Positions 30,424 to 39,592 of a stretch of 64,000 nt of DNA are shown piece after piece. The stretch's first letter is position 1; each line of letters starts with the position of its first letter. Origin of the DNA: an uncultured Candidatus Saccharibacteria bacterium (GTDB lineage: Bacteria > Patescibacteriota > Minisyncoccia > Phycocordibacterales > UBA9973); the NCBI GenBank assembly GCA_964522195.1, contig CAZFSV010000003.1, positions 29,575-93,574 on the forward strand, read 5' to 3'. The position numbers were made by a program, and so were the translations under genes. The notes beneath the pieces are model-generated. The model was given only the letters and a program-made list of their open reading frames with translations. It was not told the DNA's origin and made no database searches.

Positions 30424-30855
30424 ATGCCAAAATCAAAAACAACTGAAGAAACAAAGAAACAAGAAGGAGAGGTAAAAACTGCTTCTGGACCAAAAGCGTC
30501 TAAAAAGAAATTAGCTTCTGGTATTTTAAATGTTGAAGCAACTTTTAATAATACAAAAGTAGTATTTGCTGACAAAAACGGTAATACTGTTTTTTGGTCT
30601 TCATCTGGAAGTTTAGGTTTTAAAGGAGCTAAAAAAGGAACACCCTTTGCTGCTGGAAAAGTTGGTGATTTGATTGGAAACAAAGCAGCTAGTATCGGAG
30701 TAAAAGAAGTTGATGTTGTGATTAAGGGAGTTGGTTCGGGTCGCGAGCCAGCAGTTAGAGCTTTTATGGCTTATGGTATTGAAATAAATTCTGTTAAAGA
30801 TGCTACACCAGTACCTCATAATGGTCCAAAACCAAAGAAACCTAGAAGAGTATAA
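30424..30855 (+). CDS. rpsK: 30S ribosomal protein S11
   Basis: ATFNNT, GFKGAKKGTPFAA, DATPVPHNG. Confidence 0.97.
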   Translation: MPKSKTTEETKKQEGEVKTASGPKASKKKLASGILNVEATFNNTKVVFADKNGNTVFWSSSGSLGFKGAKKGTPFAAGKVGDLIGNKAASIGVKEVDVVIKGVGSGREPAVRAFMAYGIEINSVKDATPVPHNGPKPKKPRRV

Positions 30856-30884
30856 AATAAGTTATAAAATAAAAGTTAAAAAAT

Positions 30885-31481
30885 ATGTTAACAAAACCAA
30901 AGTTTAAAATTTGCAGAAGATTAGGAGGAGGAGTTTATGATAAATGTCAAACTCCAAAATTTTCTAGTTCTTCATTTGGAACAAATTCAAAAAAACCAAA
31001 AGCTTTATCTGAATATGGATTACAACTTATTGAAAAACAAAAGATAAGATTCTCTTATGGTATTACTGAAAAACAATTATCTAATTATGTTAAAAAAGCT
31101 TCTAAAATAAAAGGAGCTGGAACTGCAGAAAAATTCTACGAACAATTAGAACTTCGCTTAGATAATGCTGTTTATAGAATGGGACTTGCAAGTAGTAGAA
31201 GAGCTGCAAGACAAATGGTTTCTCATGGTCATTTTGTTATCAATGGACATAAAGTTACAGTTCCTTCTTATGAATTAAAAACAAATGATGTTATTAAAGT
31301 TCGTGAGGGTTCAAAAACTAAAAAGATTTTTACAGTTTTAGAAGAAACATTAAAAGATTATATAGCACCTTCTTGGATCTCATATGACCAAAATAAAATG
31401 GAAGGCAAGGTTTTAGCTTTACCTAAAAATTCAGACAGCTTTATAGACCTTAATGCTGTGTTGGAATTCTATAGTCGTTAA
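30885..31481 (+). CDS. rpsD: 30S ribosomal protein S4
   Basis: SEYGLQLIEKQK, LELRLDNAVYR, ARQMVSHGH, EFYSR. Confidence 0.97.
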   Translation: MLTKPKFKICRRLGGGVYDKCQTPKFSSSSFGTNSKKPKALSEYGLQLIEKQKIRFSYGITEKQLSNYVKKASKIKGAGTAEKFYEQLELRLDNAVYRMGLASSRRAARQMVSHGHFVINGHKVTVPSYELKTNDVIKVREGSKTKKIFTVLEETLKDYIAPSWISYDQNKMEGKVLALPKNSDSFIDLNAVLEFYSR

Positions 31482-31520
31482 TTATTTTAATATTATTATT
31501 AATTAAATTTTTATATAATT

Positions 31521-32504
31521 ATGCCTGAGTACAAAATATTAATACCTTCAAAACCAAAAGCTGTTTTAGAAGAAGGTAATAAAGGGGTTTTTGAAATAGA
31601 TGGTTTGTATCCTGGATATGGACACACTTTAGGTAATTCTTTAAGAAGAATTATTCTTTCCTCTTTGCCAGGTGCTAGTATTACATCAATTAAAATTGAT
31701 GGAGTTAGTCATGAATTTCAAACTGTAGATGGTATTAAAGAAGATATTATAGTTTTAATATTGAATCTTAAAAAAATTCGTTTTAAGATTTTAACAGACG
31801 AAGAACAAGTTGTTAATATTTCTGTAAAAGGACCAAAAGAAGTTTACGCTTCTGATATTAAAACTTCCGGTCAAGTTGAAGTTTTAAATCCAGAGCTATA
31901 TATAGCAACTCTTACAGGTAAAATTGATTTAAATATTGAATTAAAAATTGAAAAAGGACTTGGTTTTATACCAAAAGAAATGTTACAAAAAGAAAAAGTA
32001 GAAATTGGTACAATTGCTGTTGATGCTATTTTTACTCCAATTCGTAGAGTTTCATATGAAGTTGAAAATATGCGTGTTGCTGATAAAACAAATCACAACA
32101 GACTACGTATTTCTATTGAGACAGATGGAACTTTGACTCCTCGTGAAGCATTAACTCAATCAATTATTACTATGATTGAACAATTAAAAGCTATTGTGGA
32201 TTTTAAAGAAGAAATGATTGAAACCAAAGTAGTTAAATCCAAATCTAAAGAAAAAGCAGAAGAAGAAAAATCAGAAAAAGATGAAGAAGAAAAAGACATG
32301 ACTGATGTTTTAAAAACAAGAATTGATAATTTAGATTTATCTACTCGCACTATGAATGCTTTAAACGGAGCAAATATTAGAACATTAGGAGGACTTGCTC
32401 GTAAAAAAAGAGAAGACTTATTAGAATTAGAAGGAATTGGCGAGAAAGGTATTACAGAAATTAAAAAAGTTTTAAGTGATTTTGGACTTAATTTAAAAGA
32501 TTAA
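31521..32504 (+). CDS. rpoA: RNA polymerase subunit alpha
   Basis: GYGHTLGNSLRRIILSS, DAIFTPIRRV, alpha-CTD. Confidence 0.97.
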   Translation: MPEYKILIPSKPKAVLEEGNKGVFEIDGLYPGYGHTLGNSLRRIILSSLPGASITSIKIDGVSHEFQTVDGIKEDIIVLILNLKKIRFKILTDEEQVVNISVKGPKEVYASDIKTSGQVEVLNPELYIATLTGKIDLNIELKIEKGLGFIPKEMLQKEKVEIGTIAVDAIFTPIRRVSYEVENMRVADKTNHNRLRISIETDGTLTPREALTQSIITMIEQLKAIVDFKEEMIETKVVKSKSKEKAEEEKSEKDEEEKDMTDVLKTRIDNLDLSTRTMNALNGANIRTLGGLARKKREDLLELEGIGEKGITEIKKVLSDFGLNLKD

Positions 32505-32531
32505 ATAAATTATTAGCCATAAAAAAAAGAT

Positions 32532-32885
32532 ATGAGACACCATAATAACAAAAGAAAATTTGGAAGAAAGAAAAATCAAAGAAATGCTTTAGTTCATTCT
32601 TTGGCTCTTAATTTAATAGTTCGTGGTAAAATTAAAACCACTTTAGCAAAAGCTTCAGAATTACGACCTTTTATTGAAAAATTAATTACTCATGCAAAAA
32701 CTGATACTTTAGCAAAAAGAAGATTAGTTATGGCAAAGATTGCAAACCGCAGACCAGAAACAAAGAAATTATTTGAAAAAATTGCACCTAATTATGTTGA
32801 CCGCAAGGGAGGTTATACAAGAATTTTAAAATTAGGTCAAAGAAAATCAGACGGAGCTGAAATGGCTTATATAGAATTTGTATAA
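32532..32885 (+). CDS. rplQ: 50S ribosomal protein L17
   Basis: MRH, KIKTTLAKA, RKGGYTRILK. Confidence 0.97.
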   Translation: MRHHNNKRKFGRKKNQRNALVHSLALNLIVRGKIKTTLAKASELRPFIEKLITHAKTDTLAKRRLVMAKIANRRPETKKLFEKIAPNYVDRKGGYTRILKLGQRKSDGAEMAYIEFV

Positions 32886-32905
32886 TTATTATTTAAGATT
32901 TATTT

Positions 32906-33274
32906 ATGAAAAAAGAAGCAATAAAAAAAGAAATAAAAACAATTGACGCAAGCTCTAGAACTTTAGGTAGAGTAGCTAGTGAGGTAGCAAAAATTTTGAT
33001 GGGTAAAGATAAGGCTACTTTTGAAAGAAATAAATTTTCAGGATCACCTGTAAGTGTTTTGAATGCTTCTAAAATTAAAATTACCAACAAGAAGCTAGAG
33101 AATATGTATCACACAAGATATTCAGGATATCCAGGAGGACTTCGTGTTTTAACTGGAGATTTTACTAAAAGAACAAAGGGAATGAAAGAATTAGTAAAGT
33201 TATCAGTATATCAAATGCTTCCAGACAATAAGCTTAGAAGAGAAATGATGAAAAATTTACAAATAGAAGATTAA
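32906..33274 (+). CDS. rplM: 50S ribosomal protein L13 (short)
   Basis: IDAS..LGRVAS.VA..LMGK, YSGYPGGL, MLP.NKL. Confidence 0.95.
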   Translation: MKKEAIKKEIKTIDASSRTLGRVASEVAKILMGKDKATFERNKFSGSPVSVLNASKIKITNKKLENMYHTRYSGYPGGLRVLTGDFTKRTKGMKELVKLSVYQMLPDNKLRREMMKNLQIED

Positions 33275-33303
33275 AAAAGTTATAAAGTTAAAAGTTAAAA
33301 AGA

Positions 33304-33723
33304 ATGGAAAAAAAACAAACAACCGAAAAATATTTTGAGGGAATAGGTAGAAGAAAAACATCAACAGCAAGAGTGCGTGTTTTTGAAAGTTCAAAATCTT
33401 CTTTTGTGGTAAATGATATGCCAGCGAAAGAATATTTTAAAACAGATGAAGAAAGAACTATCGTTTCTGCTCCTATTGATGTTGTATCTGAAAAAGATAA
33501 AACTACTAAATTTCATATTGAAGTAAAAGTAAAAGGCGGTGGTACGCATTCTCAAGCTGAGGCTGTTCGTCATGGACTTTCTCGTGCATTTTTACTTGTT
33601 GATAAAGAAATGCGTGATGAACTTAAAGATTTAGGATTCTTAAAAAGAGATGGAAGAGCAAAAGAAAGAAGAAAATTCGGACTCAAAAAAGCTCGTAAAG
33701 CTCCACAATGGTCAAAACGTTAG
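33304..33723 (+). CDS. rpsI: 30S ribosomal protein S9
   Basis: GRRKTSTARV, GGG..SQAEAVRHG, KKARKAPQWSKR. Confidence 0.97.
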   Translation: MEKKQTTEKYFEGIGRRKTSTARVRVFESSKSSFVVNDMPAKEYFKTDEERTIVSAPIDVVSEKDKTTKFHIEVKVKGGGTHSQAEAVRHGLSRAFLLVDKEMRDELKDLGFLKRDGRAKERRKFGLKKARKAPQWSKR

Positions 33724-33726
33724 AAC

Positions 33727-33753
33727 AAAAAGACTTCGCAAGAAGTCTTTTTT
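33727..33753 (+). terminator. Terminator of the ribosomal protein operon
   Basis: AAAAAGACTTC-GCAA-GAAGTCTTTTT. Confidence 0.85.
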
Positions 33754-33781
33754 CTTTTAAGATTTGTGCTAAAATAGATGT

Positions 33782-34402
33782 ATGAGTGAAGAGAATAATA
33801 AACAAAATCAAGAAGAAAATATACTTGCCCGAAATACTTCGCCTAGCGATACAGACGGGGAAGAAACAGAAGATGTTGTAGAATTTGAATATAATGAAGA
33901 CGGGGAAGAAGACTTAAAGAAAACCCTTAAAAAGCTTAGATTAGACTTAAAACAAGCGAAAAAAGAAAAAGAAGAGTATCTCATTGGTTGGCAAAAAGAG
34001 AGAGCGGATTTTGCAAATTACAAGAAACAAGAAGAAGATAGAAAAACCATGTTTTCCGAATCTATGCGCGAAAGAATTCTTTCTCGTTTTTTGACTGTAA
34101 TGGATAGTTTTAATATGGCTTTTGCGAATAAGGAGGCTTGGGAAAAAGTTGATTTGAATTGGAGAAAAGGAGTTGAATATATTCATTCTCAAATGAATAA
34201 TGTTTTTGAAGAATATGGAGTTTTGGAGATAGGTAAAATAGGTGAAGCTTTTGATCCAAACATTCACGAATCTTTGGAGATGGTTACCACAGATAAAAAA
34301 GAATTAAATCACACAATATCAGAGGTTATTCAAAAAGGTTACAAATTAAGTGATAGAGTATTAAGACCTGCAAGGGTGAATGTTTTTGAATTTAAGGAAT
34401 AA
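33782..34402 (+). CDS. grpE: Nucleotide exchange factor GrpE
   Basis: ADFANYKK, FDPNIHE, QKGYKL.DRVLRPARV. Confidence 0.95.
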   Translation: MSEENNKQNQEENILARNTSPSDTDGEETEDVVEFEYNEDGEEDLKKTLKKLRLDLKQAKKEKEEYLIGWQKERADFANYKKQEEDRKTMFSESMRERILSRFLTVMDSFNMAFANKEAWEKVDLNWRKGVEYIHSQMNNVFEEYGVLEIGKIGEAFDPNIHESLEMVTTDKKELNHTISEVIQKGYKLSDRVLRPARVNVFEFKE

Positions 34403-34420
34403 GACCTGATTAATAAAAAT

Positions 34421-36110
34421 ATGGAACACCAATCCGAAAATAAGGTTTGCCAGAATTGTAAAAATGATTTCACTATAGAGCCTGATGATTTTTCCTTCTA
34501 TGAAAAGATAAAGGTTCCACTACCTACTTTTTGTCCGGAGTGTAGAATGATACGAAGATTTAATTTTAGAAATGAAGGTATGTTATTTAGAAGGCTGGAT
34601 TCTTCTTCTGAGCAAGAAAGTTTTTCAGGTTATCCTCCAGAAGCAAAAATAATTACATACGAAAATAGTTATTGGTTTTCGGATAAATGGAATTCCGATA
34701 ATAATTTCTTAGATTATGATTGGAATGAAAATTTTTTTAATCAATTTAAAAAATTATTAGAAATTTCTCCAATACCTATAAAGAGTGTTTATAATTTAAT
34801 TAATTCTGATTATTGTAATGAGGCTAGTGAATTAAAAAATTGTTACCTTTGTTTTAATGTAGATTTTCTAGAAAATTCAGCATATGTCAGAAAAACCACA
34901 CACTCAAAAGATGTTTTTGATGTATATGAATGTGCTGAGTGTGAATTATCTTATAGTAGTGTAATTTTAGATAAATGTTACAACACTTTTTTTTCTTATA
35001 ATTGTAGCAACTCTTTCGATGTTTGGTTTTCTAAGAATTTAAAAAATTGTTCTAATTGTTTTGCTTGCGTAAACTTGATAGGCAAGTCTTATTGTATTTT
35101 TAATAAGCAATATTCTAAAAAAGAATATTTTAAGTATATTGAAAATTTAAATTTAAACTCTTATAAAAATTTTCAAAAGACATTCGAAGAAGCTAATATT
35201 TTTCATCTTAAGTTTCCAAATAAATATTTTAATGGGTATCGTAATTTGAATTCTTCAGGAGATAAAATTTATGATACAAAAAATGTAAAGTTTTCTTACT
35301 CTGTAAGAAATGGAGAAAATTTAAAATACTGTCAAGACATACAACCAAGCGCTGCAAATTCCTATGATTATACTATTTGGGGTCATGGTGAAAATATATA
35401 TGAATCCATAGTTTGCGGGCTTGGAGTTTTTAATTTAAAATTTTGTTTTAATTGTTGGGAAAATGCAAAAGACCTTGAATATTGTTCTTATTGTTTGAAT
35501 AGTTCTAATTGTTTTGGTTGTGTGGGTTTAAGAAATAAGCAATACTGTATTTTTAATAAACAGTATTCTAAAGAAAATGGTCGAAAAAATAAAAAAACAC
35601 ATGTATGATATGCCTTATTTAGATAAAAAAGGTAGATTGTATAAATATGGAGAATTCTTTCCTTTTGAAATATCTCCATTGTCTTATAATCAAAGTATGG
35701 TTCAAGATTATTTTCCTCTAGAAAAAGAAGAAATTTTATACAAGGGTTATCTTTATTCACCCATAAATAGAAAAGAATTTAAAATAACTAAAAAATGCAT
35801 AGATTTAGAAGATGATATTAGTTTAGTTGATGATTCTATTTTAAAAGAAGTTTTGGGTTGTAAAAATTGTAGTAAAGCTTTTAAGTTGATAGAAAAAGAA
35901 TTTTTGTTTTATAAAAGATTTAATTTACCAATTCCTAGAAATTGTAATTTTTGCAGAATAGAAAAATTAATTAAATCTGTAAATCCACCAAGATTTTATA
36001 ACCGTAAATGTATGAAAGAAGGATGCAATAATGAATTTGAGACTAGTTATTCTCCAGAGAGACCGGAAATAGTGTATTGTGAAAAATGTTATCAGAGTGA
36101 GGTGTATTAG
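34421..36110 (+). pseudogene. Frameshifted Cys-rich zinc-ribbon repeat protein, paralog of 37860-39569
   Basis: ORFs 34421-35608 and 35577-36110 match the N- and C-parts of the intact paralog; the break is at about 35576, after NKQYSKE. Confidence 0.85.
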
Positions 36111-36124
36111 TATATAATTAAAAC

Positions 36125-36721
36125 ATGATAGATCAAATTATTTTAAATGATAAAGTTAGAGATTTTGATGGAAGTATTTTGCCTTGTCTTATTAACTATG
36201 AAGAAAAAAGTGGAGGTTCTCATTATTCTGTAACCTTGGTTGCTAATCTTTTTAAGCAGGGTTTTAAAATATTATTTTTTACAGCTTATCCTATGGCAAA
36301 AGAAAATTTCATCGAACAAGTAGGTCTCAATGAAGATAAGATTGCCTTTGTTTTAAATCAACAAGATTTGTCAGCTAACTCAAATAAGCAATGCCTAATA
36401 TTAGAAAGTGGCAATCAGGAATTACTAGATTTTACTCTAAATAATTTGCCAGATATTAAAGAAAGAATAATCCTAATTAAAAATATTGAAAAATTTGAAG
36501 ATCAGATAATTTCTCAAGTTTTAGGTTTTGATAAAATAATTCTCTCTGGTCATTTAGATGAATGTAGTTTAAAAGAAAGTATAATTCAAAAAGAGTACAA
36601 AAATATAGTTTTGTTCAACAATCCAAAGATTAAATTGAGTGTTACAGCTCCAGATCTAGAAAAATATAATGCGTATTTTTGGACAAAAGAAGAAGAGGGA
36701 ATCACTAAAATAATAAAATAA
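36125..36721 (+). CDS. Hypothetical protein, possibly a degenerate RecA/KaiC-like P-loop fold
   Basis: CLINYEEKSGGS..LFKQGFKILFFT pattern; the Walker A lysine is not canonical. Confidence 0.5.
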   Translation: MIDQIILNDKVRDFDGSILPCLINYEEKSGGSHYSVTLVANLFKQGFKILFFTAYPMAKENFIEQVGLNEDKIAFVLNQQDLSANSNKQCLILESGNQELLDFTLNNLPDIKERIILIKNIEKFEDQIISQVLGFDKIILSGHLDECSLKESIIQKEYKNIVLFNNPKIKLSVTAPDLEKYNAYFWTKEEEGITKIIK

Positions 36722-36812
36722 GTATAGTTGTCTACTATTGACTTTTGGCTATATTGTGATATAATACTCAGTGAATGAAGTAGTAGTTTGCTATTTCACA
36801 AAAAAATATAAA

Positions 36813-37067
36813 ATGGATAGATTTGGTAATTTTTTGGTTAATTTCTTTTTCGGTTCTTGGGAAAGAACCAGAGGTACATTAATTTTTGTTGGTATTATAG
36901 TATTAATTTTTTGGATACTAAATAACCAAGGAATTATCGTTAATTTTTTTAACGAAATTCTGGCATTTCTATACAATGTCCTCATGCCATTTGGTTTATG
37001 GGTGGCATTAATATATTTTGGATTTTCTTTAATCCTTAAATCTTTTAAAGGTGGAAAGAAAAAATAA
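36813..37067 (+). CDS. Small orphan membrane protein (start moved to ATG 36813)
   Basis: Two TM segments; own TTGACT-16-TATAAT promoter at 36738-36765. Confidence 0.6.
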   Translation: MDRFGNFLVNFFFGSWERTRGTLIFVGIIVLIFWILNNQGIIVNFFNEILAFLYNVLMPFGLWVALIYFGFSLILKSFKGGKKK

Positions 37068-37120
37068 AAAATATAAAAACAACTTTTATCTTATGAGAGA
37101 GTTGTTTTTTTTATTATAAA

Positions 37121-37813
37121 TTAGTTTATTGCTTTATAAGTAGCTACTATAGCCGCGGTCTCGGCCCTTAATGTATTTTCTCCTAATGATTCTATTTTGT
37201 AACCATTTTCGAGAGCTATGTGATTTTCTTTTTCAGTGAATCCTCCTTCAGGACCTACGAATATACTAATATTTTTTGAATTTGTATTCTTAGTATAATT
37301 TTTGTTTTTAGTAAAATCAAAAAATATCTTCTCTTCATTTTTCTTGCCGTCTTGTATTGCGTCAGTAAATTTTAAAGTAGGATATAGAGTAGGTAAAATA
37401 GTACGGCCGGATTGTTCACTCGCTTCACGGATGATTTTATTTAATCTCTCAACGTTGAGTCCAGTTTTAACTGTACGTTCGGTGATTATCGGTATGATTT
37501 CATTGACCCCGATTTCAACAACTTTCTGTATAGCTAATTCAAAATTTTCTTTTTTAAGAATTGCTAGGTATAGACTTACTTTTTTATATTTATTTTCCTT
37601 TCTTGTTTTTTCTACAATTTTAGTGGAGATATGAGTTTTTTTCATTTCTGTTATTTCTACTTTAGCTTCTGTACCTTTGCCGTCACAAAGTATCAGAAAG
37701 TCTCCGACGTCTAGCCTTAAAACACCCTTTATTTGCTTGATATTTTCAGGATTTGTGATTTCTGTATTTTCACCAGTTAAATCAAATTCCCCGATAAATC
37801 TATGTAGCTTCAT
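37121..37813 (-). CDS. rsmE: 16S rRNA m3U1498 methyltransferase RsmE
   Basis: VLRL, QKVVEIGV, EASEQSGR, VGPEGGF, LGENTLRAETAA. Confidence 0.95.
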   Translation of the reverse strand: MKLHRFIGEFDLTGENTEITNPENIKQIKGVLRLDVGDFLILCDGKGTEAKVEITEMKKTHISTKIVEKTRKENKYKKVSLYLAILKKENFELAIQKVVEIGVNEIIPIITERTVKTGLNVERLNKIIREASEQSGRTILPTLYPTLKFTDAIQDGKKNEEKIFFDFTKNKNYTKNTNSKNISIFVGPEGGFTEKENHIALENGYKIESLGENTLRAETAAIVATYKAIN

Positions 37814-37859
37814 ATCTTTATATGATATACTTTAATTATTAAAATTCAAAATATATTAT

Positions 37860-39569
37860 ATGGAACACACACCCGAAACCAAGAATTGTCAGAATTGTAA
37901 AAATGATTTCACTGTAGAGAGTGAAGATTTTTCTTTTTACGAAAAGATGCAAGTCCCGGCACCAACTTGGTGTTCATTGTGTCGCTTTACAAGACGCATT
38001 GCATTTATTAATGCTTGGACTATGTATTTTAGAAAATGTGATCTCTGTGGAGAGAAAACAATGTCCATGTACCACCCTGATTCTAAATTAAAACTTTATT
38101 GTCAGCCTTGTTGGTGGAGTGACAAATGGGACGGGACTGAATACGCTATGGATTATGATCCTAGTCGTAATTTTTTGGAACAAGTTTTTGAATTAAAACA
38201 AAATACTCCTTTTTGTGCCCTAGAAACTACATATTTAAATTTAAAAAATTCTGAGTATACAAACGCTATATCATTTGCTAAAAATTGCTATTTAGTTTTC
38301 TGGGCGGATTATTGCGAGAATGTTTTTTATTCCTCTCTTTTAAACACGGTTAAAGATAGTTTAGATTTATTGAGAGTATTTAAATCTGAATTATCCTATG
38401 AGTCTGTTGGTGTTGGTAAATCTAGTAAAGTATTTTTTTCTGATACTTGTGATGATTGTGTTGACGTTTGGTTTTCTAGAAATTGTTATGGATGTATGAA
38501 TGTGGTTGGTTGTGTAAATCTAAGAGGCAAAAGTTATATGATTTTTAATCAACAATATTCTAAAGAAGAATATTTTGAAAAATTAAAAGAATTTAAGCTT
38601 GATACCAGAGAAGGAATTAAAAAGCTTTGGCAAGAATCACAAGACTTTTGGCAAAAGCATCCATATAGAGAATATACAGGCAACCCTCAGAACCTAAATG
38701 TATCTGGTGATTATATTTTTGAATCAAAAAATGCTAAAGATTGTTATATTTCTATGGGTGTTGAAGATTCTAAATATGTTCAATTTGCAACTGTACTAAA
38801 AACTACAAATTGTATGGATTACTCTGGTTGGGGCAATAATGCGTCCATGATGTATGAGTGTGCTTCTATGGGAGAAGATGTTTCAAATTCAAAGTTCTCT
38901 TTTTACAGTTTCCCTGATGTTCTAGGTTTAGAATATTCTATGCATTGTATTTCTGGGAAAAATAATTTTGGGTGTGTGAATTTAAAAAGAAAAAAATACG
39001 CTATTTTAAATAAAGAATATTCCAAAGAAGAATACGAGATTTTGCGGGCAAAAATTATTGAAGATATGACTAATAATCCTTATATAGATAGCAAAGGTAG
39101 AATTTATAAATATGGTGAATTTTTCCCTGTGGAATTTTCTTCTTTCCCGTATAATGATTCAAATGCATCTCGCTTTACTCCTAAAACCAAAGAAGAGGCT
39201 ATTTCTGAAGGGTATAATTGGATAGATAAACCGATAAATAATTATACAGTTACGATAAAGGGGCTTGATCTACCTCAGACTATAGAAGAAGTAGATGAAG
39301 AGATATTAAAAGAAGTGGTAGGGTGTACTAATTGTAATAACGGGTTTAGATTTACTGGAGGGGAGTTGAATTTATACAAAAAGTTGAATTTACCGTTGTC
39401 GGAGAATTGCCCTAAATGCAGAGAAGAGAGAAGATTTAATTCTATCAATAAACCGTATAGTTTTGAATCCAATTGTATGAAATGCAACAAAGAGATTACT
39501 ACTATGCATAATCCAAAAGACAATAAAATAATTTACTGTGTGTCCTGCTATCAGCAAGAGATATTATAA
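37860..39569 (+). CDS. Cys-rich zinc-ribbon repeat protein (CPR multicopy family)
   Basis: CQNCK, CSLC, CDLC, CQPC, internal repeats ending NxQYSKEEY, YGEFFP, terminal CxxC YQQE. Confidence 0.85.
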   Translation: MEHTPETKNCQNCKNDFTVESEDFSFYEKMQVPAPTWCSLCRFTRRIAFINAWTMYFRKCDLCGEKTMSMYHPDSKLKLYCQPCWWSDKWDGTEYAMDYDPSRNFLEQVFELKQNTPFCALETTYLNLKNSEYTNAISFAKNCYLVFWADYCENVFYSSLLNTVKDSLDLLRVFKSELSYESVGVGKSSKVFFSDTCDDCVDVWFSRNCYGCMNVVGCVNLRGKSYMIFNQQYSKEEYFEKLKEFKLDTREGIKKLWQESQDFWQKHPYREYTGNPQNLNVSGDYIFESKNAKDCYISMGVEDSKYVQFATVLKTTNCMDYSGWGNNASMMYECASMGEDVSNSKFSFYSFPDVLGLEYSMHCISGKNNFGCVNLKRKKYAILNKEYSKEEYEILRAKIIEDMTNNPYIDSKGRIYKYGEFFPVEFSSFPYNDSNASRFTPKTKEEAISEGYNWIDKPINNYTVTIKGLDLPQTIEEVDEEILKEVVGCTNCNNGFRFTGGELNLYKKLNLPLSENCPKCREERRFNSINKPYSFESNCMKCNKEITTMHNPKDNKIIYCVSCYQQEIL

Positions 39570-39592
39570 TTTTGTGCTAAAATATATAAATA

